From Cenarchaeum sp. (GTDB lineage: Archaea > Thermoproteota > Nitrososphaeria > Nitrososphaerales > Nitrosopumilaceae), in contig OY843768.1 of NCBI GenBank assembly GCA_963693095.2, forward strand, positions 1,216,001 through 1,280,000: a stretch of DNA of 64,000 nt. Direction: 5' to 3'. Positions within the stretch are counted from its first letter, which is position 1; every line of letters begins with the position of its first letter. The notes below the pieces were generated by a model. It saw nothing but the letters and a program-made list of their open reading frames with translations. It had not been told where the DNA came from and did no database searches. Positions 19,009 to 26,737 of the stretch are shown here, piece after piece. Position numbers and translations under genes: made by a program.

Positions 19009-20652
19009 CTACTTTGCGGACTTTTTGGCATCAGGGATCACGTCCCCCGAGTCGGCCTTGCTAGAGAGCCCACGCCTAATCGTGTCATCCACGTTGCCAG
19101 TGTTCGCCTTGTCGTCAGGTCGTTTTTGCGCATGCGCAGGCTTGCCGGATCGCGCCATGCCGGGCACTGGCCTGTTTACGTTGTCCTGCTTTAGGGATAA
19201 CATGGAACTACCATGCAGATCGCGCCAAAAGTCCTGACGGCCATGCCTTGCATAGTCTGTCGCACGCGAGCCAGTCGTTCGCGCAATTGTGTATCCACGC
19301 GTCGCAATGGCCGGAGTGTGTGACACGACTGAACGGATGCCAGACATCATGACTGTGGCGCCGAGTCCAGTTGTCGAGATGTGCTGCTGGACTGAGGACA
19401 TGATCCGCGATATCATCGGCGCGAGCATTGCGGGAAAGTATATCGCCAGAGCCAGCACGGCTAGTGCCATAAAGAACTTGCGAACGCCATGCGTGAGCTC
19501 CTGGATCGCCGGAGGCGGAACCATCATTCCGGAATTCCCGCACGCGGGGTCGTCATCGTCGGCATCGCACTCGCCTGCGCCCCGCCCGACGTCACTAGGG
19601 TCGATCACAACCTGCACGACGCCAAAGTCCCCGCTCTCCAGGTCAGCGAGGACCGCGACTCCTGCAGACACCGCAAGTGCCGAGAACAGCGGCACTATCG
19701 TCAGTGCCACTAGCGTGTCGCGCATGAGTGCCGTCACGCGCGCAAACTGTGGAAGCAGCGAGAGCGCAAGCACTAGGGGCACGGCGACTGCCAGGAGGCC
19801 CGTGAGGACATACCTGACGGTTCCAAGGATGAACGCGGTGAGCGTCATTGTGAGCAGCGCGATCGCCTTTAGAAAAAATAGCATGATCTCAGTCAGGAAC
19901 GCCGTGATGGTTCGCTCGTAGCCCTCCCCGATCGCCTGAAGCGCGCCGCCGCCCTCGCGCGCAGTCACAAAGTCCACAATGGACGAGAATGCGGCATCCG
20001 TAATCGCCGAGCCTGCGCTGCCAAACAGCCGCGCATAGTCGACCTCCGGATACTGGCCAGGGCTCATGTAGACCAGGAGTTTTTCAACCGTGTCATGCGC
20101 GCGCGATGGATCCTCCGGGTTTAGTATCCACAGCGACATCCACTCCACGGCATCGGCGATCATGTCCCAAAAGTGCGGAAAGACCATGATCACAATGAGG
20201 TAGAGCATCCCGTTGCCGAGTATCTTTGAGGCCGCGTTTGGCGGCACAATGTTGACCGATTCGAGGCCATAGCTCAGACCTGCCACAATTATGGCCACTG
20301 ACATGACAAAGAACGATATCGTGCGAAAGTTGAGGTACATGCCATATAGCGCGTTGCCCGGCTCGATTGACCCGTCAGCCGAGACGAGGGCATCAAAGCG
20401 CGGCATTGACGTAAAGAGAAAGAGGAACGTCGCGGAGAGCTCTTTTTGGAACAGGAGCGAGACTATTGCGATGCCCAAAAGTGCGGCGATTCCGGTGATT
20501 ATCAGGAGTGGTCCGGTGATGAGGCCGGCTCGCCGGTGCGCCACGCGTCGCTCGCGCAGCCGCACATGGCAGAGTGGCTCCATGCGCGCAGCAAGGCCGG
20601 CGACGGCATTGCGCGCGCGCAGCGTGCCCACATGGCGCAGTAGAGCCCTCAC
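19009..20652 (-). CDS. VirB6/TrbL-like (CedA/TedA-like) polytopic membrane protein
   Basis: Several TM helices with the VirB6-type motif TVRYVLTGLLAVAVPLVLALSLLP and a low-complexity cytoplasmic tail. Start codon uncertain. Confidence 0.8.
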   Translation of the reverse strand: MRALLRHVGTLRARNAVAGLAARMEPLCHVRLRERRVAHRRAGLITGPLLIITGIAALLGIAIVSLLFQKELSATFLFLFTSMPRFDALVSADGSIEPGNALYGMYLNFRTISFFVMSVAIIVAGLSYGLESVNIVPPNAASKILGNGMLYLIVIMVFPHFWDMIADAVEWMSLWILNPEDPSRAHDTVEKLLVYMSPGQYPEVDYARLFGSAGSAITDAAFSSIVDFVTAREGGGALQAIGEGYERTITAFLTEIMLFFLKAIALLTMTLTAFILGTVRYVLTGLLAVAVPLVLALSLLPQFARVTALMRDTLVALTIVPLFSALAVSAGVAVLADLESGDFGVVQVVIDPSDVGRGAGECDADDDDPACGNSGMMVPPPAIQELTHGVRKFFMALAVLALAIYFPAMLAPMISRIMSSVQQHISTTGLGATVMMSGIRSVVSHTPAIATRGYTIARTTGSRATDYARHGRQDFWRDLHGSSMLSLKQDNVNRPVPGMARSGKPAHAQKRPDDKANTGNVDDTIRRGLSSKADSGDVIPDAKKSAK

Positions 20653-20750
20653 GAATGGCGTGCCAAAGTTTTCCTAAAATGCGCGCATGTGCCCATGGGC
20701 AGCCCCGGATCCCGCTTTAATGCAAAATATGCGCACATGTGGCGTGTGCA

Positions 20751-22595
20751 ATGCTCCTGCCGAGAAACGGGCCCCGTTTGTGTGGTCACTTGGTGCCCGT
20801 TCTGGCATGTGCAGCAGTGGCCATCGGAGCCGGCATCGCAGCCCATTGGGGCGCAGGCGAGCCGGCATCCGTTGCGTACACTGGCACCACGGGTGCGGGA
20901 ATCGGCATTGTGCCATCCTTTGGGCCGGTTCCCGCACACGGTTTTTCCCATGCGTCCCTGCCCCCCTTGCGCTCCATTGCGCACAATGACGGATTTGGCG
21001 AGATTGGCATAATGCCAGACACCATCCAAAAGGAGAGGTATGTCGAGCAGTACGTCGAGGTGTCCGGACGCGTGGAGGGCCAGCACAGGGGCGACGTTGA
21101 GATTACGCTGACCGGGCCGTCTGGGGAGACTAGCGTCCGCGTCGTTCCGGCAAGCTCGGAGGGGGAGTTTTCAACCGTCATTGCAGTAGGCTTTGAGACG
21201 CCCTCTGGAATCCACAGGATCGTCGCACGCGAGCCTGCGCGCAACGCGACGAGCCCAACGCTGGCGCTCTTTGTGCATGATCTCTCCGGAGTGCTAAACA
21301 GGGTTGACGTGGGATCGCACTCGCGCTCGTGCGTGGCGGCTGGCTCGTGCAACATGCCACAGGACATCCACGTGGCGCCGGGGGACACGGTGAGATGGCT
21401 CAATGCCGATGAGGCCGCGCACACCGTGGCAAGCCATGACAAAAGAACGCTCCCCTCTGGTGCTGCAGAACGCCTCTTTTACAGCTCGCTCATGGCTCCC
21501 GGTGACCTGTTCGCCCACAGGTTTGCCGAGCCTGGCACGTACGGCTATGCGTGCTCCATACACCCATGGGCCACCGGAACGGTGATCGTGGAGGCGCCAG
21601 AAAAGATCGACGCGCCCATTGCGCCAGAGTCCGCAGGGGCAACACGCGGTGCTGATGCCGTGCGGCCCACCGCGCCACTGCGCGCAGAGCGGGCCGAGGC
21701 GGCAATGTCAGTCGATATTATCGGAGGTGCGCGCGGGCCATACTCTCCAGGTGACACGGTGAGCATCATGGCCAGGCTCTCAGGCGAGCCAGACGTCATT
21801 GACGGCAAGGTGTACTATGAGGTGAGCGACCCGTCCGGTGAGAGCGTCTCTCGCGGCAGCGCGCGCGTCGGGGACTCGGCCGAGCTCCACCTTGCAGACC
21901 ATGCAGTCACGAGCGGTCACATGAACGGCACGCACACGTACAAGGCACTCGCCAGCGTGAGCACGGGCAGGACGCTAGTCGCATCCGGCGAGTTTGACGT
22001 GGCCGTCCCCGCAGCGTATGCTGCCGAGGAGGCAGTCGCGGAACCGCAGGGCGGCGGCTGCATGATAGCCACGGCGGCATACGGCAGCGAGCTTGCGCCA
22101 CGCGTGCAGCGGCTCAGGGAGGTGCGCGACTCGGTGGTCATGGAGACAGGCGAGGGCAGGGCGTTTATGGACTGGCTCAACGTGGCATACTATTCCGTCT
22201 CGCCGGCCATCGCCGATGCGCAGAGGGACATCCCCGAGCTTCGCGCGGCCATGCGCGTTGCAGTCTCCCCAATGGTCCATGCGCTAGGCATCCTAGAGCA
22301 TGCGGGGCACGGGAGCGCGCGTGACGTCGTGGCCCTCGGGACGCTTGCAATTCTGGCAAACGCGCTGATCTATGTCGGCGTTCCGGCAGCCGTGCTGTCC
22401 CTGGCGCGGCGCGCAAAGGCGCAGTTCTCCGCAAAGGCCGCAGCGTGCTCGCCGGCCAGGACGAGCATCGCCGAGGCTGCCAGGACGCGCGCGTCGGCCA
22501 GGCCCACGTGCGCCAGGACCGCCGAGAGTGCCACGATGCAAGAGGCCTCTAGGGCAAGGTGTGCAAGTGCCGCCCACGCCCCAAGGCGCAAGTAG
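20751..22595 (+). CDS. Membrane-anchored cupredoxin (plastocyanin/azurin-like) with CFI-box-CTERM domain
   Basis: PGDTVRWLNADEAAHTV...PGTYGYACSIHPWA cupredoxin domain; GGGCMIATAAYGSELAPRVQRLRE..YYSVSPAIAD CFI-box-CTERM plus TM. Start at 20751 (ATG) or 20739. Confidence 0.88.
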   Translation: MLLPRNGPRLCGHLVPVLACAAVAIGAGIAAHWGAGEPASVAYTGTTGAGIGIVPSFGPVPAHGFSHASLPPLRSIAHNDGFGEIGIMPDTIQKERYVEQYVEVSGRVEGQHRGDVEITLTGPSGETSVRVVPASSEGEFSTVIAVGFETPSGIHRIVAREPARNATSPTLALFVHDLSGVLNRVDVGSHSRSCVAAGSCNMPQDIHVAPGDTVRWLNADEAAHTVASHDKRTLPSGAAERLFYSSLMAPGDLFAHRFAEPGTYGYACSIHPWATGTVIVEAPEKIDAPIAPESAGATRGADAVRPTAPLRAERAEAAMSVDIIGGARGPYSPGDTVSIMARLSGEPDVIDGKVYYEVSDPSGESVSRGSARVGDSAELHLADHAVTSGHMNGTHTYKALASVSTGRTLVASGEFDVAVPAAYAAEEAVAEPQGGGCMIATAAYGSELAPRVQRLREVRDSVVMETGEGRAFMDWLNVAYYSVSPAIADAQRDIPELRAAMRVAVSPMVHALGILEHAGHGSARDVVALGTLAILANALIYVGVPAAVLSLARRAKAQFSAKAAACSPARTSIAEAARTRASARPTCARTAESATMQEASRARCASAAHAPRRK

Positions 22596-22807
22596 AGCGC
22601 CCTAAAGATCGCGTTTGACTCGCGCAAGACGATCGTCATGCGCCCAAAGCCCAGGGTGTGCAGCGCGTCGGCCCAAAAGCACGCGACCCATACGGCCGTC
22701 GCGGCCACAAGAACCCAGTACGGAATGTCCCTGACTGTGCCAACTGCCAGAGCCGCGACTCCGACTGTCAATGCGGTGAGAAGCAGCGAGGGCAGCCTTA
22801 TGCGCAT
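22370..22807 (-). CDS. 4-TM membrane protein (DUF5658-like)
   Basis: Four hydrophobic segments with a D..HT...ESNA motif. Start overlaps the upstream gene's end. Confidence 0.6.
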   Translation of the reverse strand: MRIRLPSLLLTALTVGVAALAVGTVRDIPYWVLVAATAVWVACFWADALHTLGFGRMTIVLRESNAIFRALYLRLGAWAALAHLALEASCIVALSAVLAHVGLADARVLAASAMLVLAGEHAAAFAENCAFARRARDSTAAGTPT

Positions 22808-23142
22808 CGCCGGCCGGTGTCCTTGCTCGCGGCATCGTCTGCGCCGTCCCTGCAGGGTCGCCGCCTGCCGCGCGGCTCGGAGAGGCGCAGCTTTGCTATC
22901 GCCGCGAGCATGAACAGCCCAAGAATCGCCACCACGATGGTTCGCATGTTGTCATTGAACCTGTCAAAGAGATCCTTAAACCCCGCGTACACGGTGTCAT
23001 TAGATTCCGTGCCGGCGAGAAACGTGATCAGTCCCGGACCTATTGACACGATTACTGCCGCAAAGATCATCGTTATGATGACCCCGTAGAGTTTCTCGCG
23101 CGTTTCGGCGTCCATGCTGTCTCGGCTGATTACCACGTACAT
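22798..23142 (-). CDS. Small two-helix membrane protein, candidate VirB2/TrbC-like (CedA1/TedC-like) pilin
   Basis: REKLYGVIITMIFAAVIVSIGPGLITFL and MRTIVVAILGLFMLAAIAKL. Lies directly downstream of the PrgI-like gene. Confidence 0.55.
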   Translation of the reverse strand: MYVVISRDSMDAETREKLYGVIITMIFAAVIVSIGPGLITFLAGTESNDTVYAGFKDLFDRFNDNMRTIVVAILGLFMLAAIAKLRLSEPRGRRRPCRDGADDAASKDTGRRCA

Positions 23143-23179
23143 GTCCCCACAAAATCAAATAAAAGCGCGATCGGCGCAA

Positions 23180-23857
23180 CTATCCGCGCTGCACGTCAAA
23201 GCTCTCAACGAGTATGCGGCGGCCCTCGACGCTGACTGTGAGCTCCTTGCGCCCAAAGGAGGTCACCACGGGGTATATCTCAAACTGCCCGTTGCTGTCT
23301 GACATTGCGGCATACTTGCGGCCATCAAAGACAACATCAGCGCGTGTCCTCGGATAGAGGCGTCCGGCCGAGTCGTACACCGTCACCTCTAGGGAGATCG
23401 GCGTGCCTAGCTTTGCCGCATACATGCGACGCGGCATTGCAAGGGCCGCCTCCGGACCGGCCGCCGCGCGCCTTGGCGAGAACTTTGCCGGAATGACGAT
23501 CAGGCCGTCGCCGTGGACATTGCCGTGTCGCGCCGAACGCCTCCCTTTGGTCGCGCTGCCCACCACGTGGCGCCTCAGGAAGAAGCGCAGTATCGCAAGC
23601 GCATGACGCTCCGGATAGAGCGCCTTTCTCTCCCTAGCCGCAATGTATGCCAGGAAGACCGAGGCCGGCGCAAGATGCCATGCCGGCCCAATGTATGCGG
23701 CATACGCGATGAGCGAGGCGAGGCCCATCAGGAGGAGCTGCTTTGGGGACATTTTTGACATGAACGGTATGGGCACTGGGAAGACCTTTTGGTTGAACGA
23801 GTTGATCGACCGAAAGTAGACCATGTCGATATAGTCTGTTCTGCGCACGACACGCAC
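23180..23857 (-). CDS. PrgI/VirB3-like 2-TM protein with C-terminal Ig-like domain
   Basis: MSPKQLLLMGL-TM-TM-PERHALAILRFF matches the PrgI pattern, followed by a beta-rich tail. Start could be the ATG at 23824. Confidence 0.6.
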   Translation of the reverse strand: MRVVRRTDYIDMVYFRSINSFNQKVFPVPIPFMSKMSPKQLLLMGLASLIAYAAYIGPAWHLAPASVFLAYIAARERKALYPERHALAILRFFLRRHVVGSATKGRRSARHGNVHGDGLIVIPAKFSPRRAAAGPEAALAMPRRMYAAKLGTPISLEVTVYDSAGRLYPRTRADVVFDGRKYAAMSDSNGQFEIYPVVTSFGRKELTVSVEGRRILVESFDVQRG

Positions 23858-23899
23858 TCTTCAAAATACCTAAAAAAGGAGAATGTTGCGCGCGTGGGT

Positions 23900-24418
23900 C
23901 TAGTACCTAGAGGTCACCGTGACGGTCTCTTTGATCGTCGAGTCCGTTCCGGACGCAGTTGCCTTTACGCTCAGGACATAGGACGTTCCGGCCGCTATGT
24001 TGACTGACGGGGAGGTGCCCTCACAATTGCCGGCTTTGATCTGCTCGCTCACCCCATACGTGGAGCCGGGCTTGATCGTAGTCGTCGTGGTTGTTATTTT
24101 GGCGTCTGTTGGACTTGATCCGGCCTCGCATGCCCCCGTGAGCGTGATCTCTGGGTTTGCGAGCGGCGATGTTCCCGTGTTCTTTATGGACAGCGAGAGC
24201 ACGTCAGCGGCGTCTGTCTTTAGGAGCCGCGGACCCGTAAGGCCGATTCCCTCCTGCGTAGTCAGGACGTTTGTCTGCTGTGTCAGGAAATAGGCCACAC
24301 TGCCGGCAAGTCCTAGCGTCACGGTGATCGCAAGGGCCATGCCGATTATGTTGGAGGCTGCCCTCACTCGGCGTGCTGTCCACGGAGTGCGGTTTCGACG
24401 GTTGTTGCTTTGGCGCAT
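23900..24418 (-). CDS. Archaeal type IV (probable major) pilin
   Basis: Basic leader then RRVRA-ASNIIGMALAITVTLGLAG (class III signal), SIKNTG, IKPG and GTSYVLSVKA. TATA TTTTATG lies ~30 nt before ATG 24418. A T-tract follows the stop at 23871-23877. Confidence 0.85.
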   Translation of the reverse strand: MRQSNNRRNRTPWTARRVRAASNIIGMALAITVTLGLAGSVAYFLTQQTNVLTTQEGIGLTGPRLLKTDAADVLSLSIKNTGTSPLANPEITLTGACEAGSSPTDAKITTTTTTIKPGSTYGVSEQIKAGNCEGTSPSVNIAAGTSYVLSVKATASGTDSTIKETVTVTSRY

Positions 24419-24583
24419 TGTTGCAAACAGGCGAGAAAATCGCATAAAAGGGCGCACGCAGCGGATCATCGGCCAAACCACGGCGGATGCGGGGCAGTCT
24501 TGCCGCACTTGTGCCAAACCCGCGATTATTGGCCACAGTGTCGCATCATGCGCCCATTTAAGCAAAAGGCACACACGGCAGTG

Positions 24584-26530
24584 ATGGACGCCAGGACAGA
24601 CTCGGCCCAAGTGTGCAGCCTAGTGGCGTGTGCGGCGTCAGCCGGCGCATATGTGATCGGCCACTGGCCGGCAGCACTTGCGGCATTCGTCGCGTGCGCT
24701 GCGGTGTTTGGCGCAACTGCGCTCCTTGGGGCACGGCGCAGCAGGACGCATCGCGCTCCGGCACGCCGAGGCGCCGTTGCGCGGCGCAGCAGGCCACGTG
24801 CTGGTGCTGCCAGGGTCGCGCGCAAGGCAGTCTCAGAAGCAATGTCCTCGATCGCCACGCGCGCAACGAGGGCGCTTGACCCGCTCATCAATGCGGGGGC
24901 GCTGCGGCGCACGTACGGCGGGCTAAACCCCAACATGGGCAGGAGCGTGGCGCTCTCTGGAATGGCGACAAACCTCGGGGCCTTGCGCAGGGAGGCCGGA
25001 GTGGCCCTTGTGGCATCAGTCGCACTCGCCGTTCCGGCAGCCATTGCGCTCGCGGCAATAACTAGCCGCGCCGAGCTTGCAGCACTTGCTGCCATACCTC
25101 CAGTCGCGGCGCTCTTTTACCCGCGCACAAAGCTCAGGCTTGCTGCCTCGGGGCGAAAGGCCGCCCTCGCCGACGAGATGACCTTTTTTGCAGTCTATTG
25201 CCTGCTCCTCGCCGGCGTCGGCAAGACGATGGCCCACGCGCTAGACGGCGTTGTCGGGCGCGGCATCTTTCCGGCCCTCGAGCGCGAGGCGCGCGTCATG
25301 GGCCGCGGGCGCACACTGGGCATGGGCAGCATTGCGGCACTCGGCGACCTTGGGCGAAACCACCCAAACCGCATGTTCGGGGACCTCCTCTGCGGGTATG
25401 TCGCCGCGTTTGGCGCCGGAGATCCCGAGGCCCACCTAAAGTCACAGGTCAGCGAGCTGCTCGGTCGCATGCGCCGGCGCCTCGAGGCATACAAGGAGCG
25501 CGCATCATCGCTATCTGTCATGGTCGTCTTTATGATGCTCTTTTTGCCGGTGATGGTCACGCCCGTGGCGTTCATAGCCGGCCCAAAGTCAGCCACGTTC
25601 CTCTCACAGATCGCCTTTATGGCCATGCCCCCAATGGCAGTCTCGGCGTGCATTATCGCGCACACGTCGCAGCCAAGGTTTGGCGACACGATCAGGATCG
25701 ACTGGAGGATTCCCATCTGTGCGGGCGCAGTGGCCGGAGTCGCCATCGCGCCGGCATCCCTGGGCATATGGACGATAATGGCAGCAGCATCGCTTGCGTT
25801 CTCGCTGTCCATGGTTGCGCTGACCCACAGGCAGCGCCGTGGTGCTGCGGCGATAGACTCGGGGCAGGGAATGTTCTTTCGTGACATGACATCGCGCATC
25901 AGCGCAGGTGACTCTAGTGTCTCCCATGCGCTTGCCGGCATTGTCGCATCCGGAACATCACAGTACGGGAGGCACTTTGGCGCCATTATCGAGCGCGCAA
26001 ACACGCGCATACGCCATGCCGGCGAGACGACACAGGACGTTCTTGCTGACACGGCCCACGGATCGTGGCTAGGGAGGTTTTCGTTCTTTTTGCTATCGCG
26101 AATTGCCGACACGGGATCTATTGACGCGTGGATACTGACACGGACGACAGAGTTTGTCGAGAGGTTTGTTCACGCAAAGCGCGACATTGCGTCTGCTGTC
26201 AGGCCATACATGCTAGTCTCGGCGGCATCCCCTGTCGCAATCGTTGCGATGACATGGTTTCTCAAGGGAATGCTCGCCGGCCTGCCTGACAGCGCTCCGG
26301 ACATTCCCGGACTTGGCGCGAGCATTGGGATAACGCGCATGAGCCTCACGCCGGGTTTTGACGAGGCGATCAATGCGTTGACTGTGGCTAGCGCAATATG
26401 CGCCAATGTTGCCGTCGGCAAGATATCTGCCATGAGCATAACGGATGCGCGTCCGCTCCTAGCCGGAACCATCGCCGCAATCGTGTCTATACTTGCCTCG
26501 TCTCACATTCCCGTTGGGAGCCCTGTCTAG
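24584..26530 (+). CDS. Type IV pilus platform protein (TadC/FlaJ, two T2SS-F-like halves)
   Basis: Multi-TM with two helical cytoplasmic regions (LADEMTFF..AGVG; LG..HP..FGDLL). TATA TTTAAG at 24557 supports a start at 24581/24584 rather than 24410. Confidence 0.85.
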   Translation: MDARTDSAQVCSLVACAASAGAYVIGHWPAALAAFVACAAVFGATALLGARRSRTHRAPARRGAVARRSRPRAGAARVARKAVSEAMSSIATRATRALDPLINAGALRRTYGGLNPNMGRSVALSGMATNLGALRREAGVALVASVALAVPAAIALAAITSRAELAALAAIPPVAALFYPRTKLRLAASGRKAALADEMTFFAVYCLLLAGVGKTMAHALDGVVGRGIFPALEREARVMGRGRTLGMGSIAALGDLGRNHPNRMFGDLLCGYVAAFGAGDPEAHLKSQVSELLGRMRRRLEAYKERASSLSVMVVFMMLFLPVMVTPVAFIAGPKSATFLSQIAFMAMPPMAVSACIIAHTSQPRFGDTIRIDWRIPICAGAVAGVAIAPASLGIWTIMAAASLAFSLSMVALTHRQRRGAAAIDSGQGMFFRDMTSRISAGDSSVSHALAGIVASGTSQYGRHFGAIIERANTRIRHAGETTQDVLADTAHGSWLGRFSFFLLSRIADTGSIDAWILTRTTEFVERFVHAKRDIASAVRPYMLVSAASPVAIVAMTWFLKGMLAGLPDSAPDIPGLGASIGITRMSLTPGFDEAINALTVASAICANVAVGKISAMSITDARPLLAGTIAAIVSILASSHIPVGSPV

Positions 26531-26543
26531 GCGTGAAATGGGG

Positions 26544-26583
26544 TGCGCGTTTGTGTAACATGATCTTGTTACACAAAAGCGCA
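26544..26583. other. 11-6-11 perfect inverted repeat TTTGTGTAACA-TGATCT-TGTTACACAAA (dif/tyrosine-recombinase-like site or operator)
   Basis: Arms at 26550-26560 and 26567-26577, extendable to 17 bp with one mismatch. AT-rich in a GC-rich background. The structure is certain; the function is inferred. Confidence 0.6.
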
Positions 26584-26665
26584 ATCTTGCCCCCAGTGGG
26601 ATTGGCGGTGCGCACGCCATCGGCCAGTCTGCCCTTCCCGCAACACGCAGGCGGGCATGCATGGA

Positions 26666-26679
26666 TGACACTAGTGTCA
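26666..26679. promoter_or_regulatory. Perfect 14-bp palindrome TGACACTAGTGTCA
   Basis: Self-complementary; lies in the intergenic gap between convergent genes. Confidence 0.45.
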
Positions 26680-26737
26680 CCACCGGTGCGGAGTCTCTGA
26701 TCCCGTTGCGTGCGCAGGGACATCACGGTCATGGCGC

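Larger units (their letters stand above)
1929..26530. other. Accessory locus: archaeal type IV pilus plus VirB4/VirB6 (T4SS-like) cluster with surface proteins
   Basis: Co-located VirB4-like ATPase, FlaI/TadA-type ATPase, TadC-like, VirB6-like, PrgI-like, pilins and large secreted proteins. Mostly minus strand with overlapping or abutting gene junctions. Confidence 0.8.

Noticed and set aside
24410-24610. Apparent head-to-head overlap of the pilin and TadC ORFs
   Set aside because: Artefact of longest-ORF starts; TATA boxes place the starts at 24418 (-) and 24581/24584 (+).
12218-26530. Archaellum (motility) operon
   Set aside because: No FlaH ATPase, true archaellins or chemotaxis genes; VirB4/VirB6-like genes are present instead.
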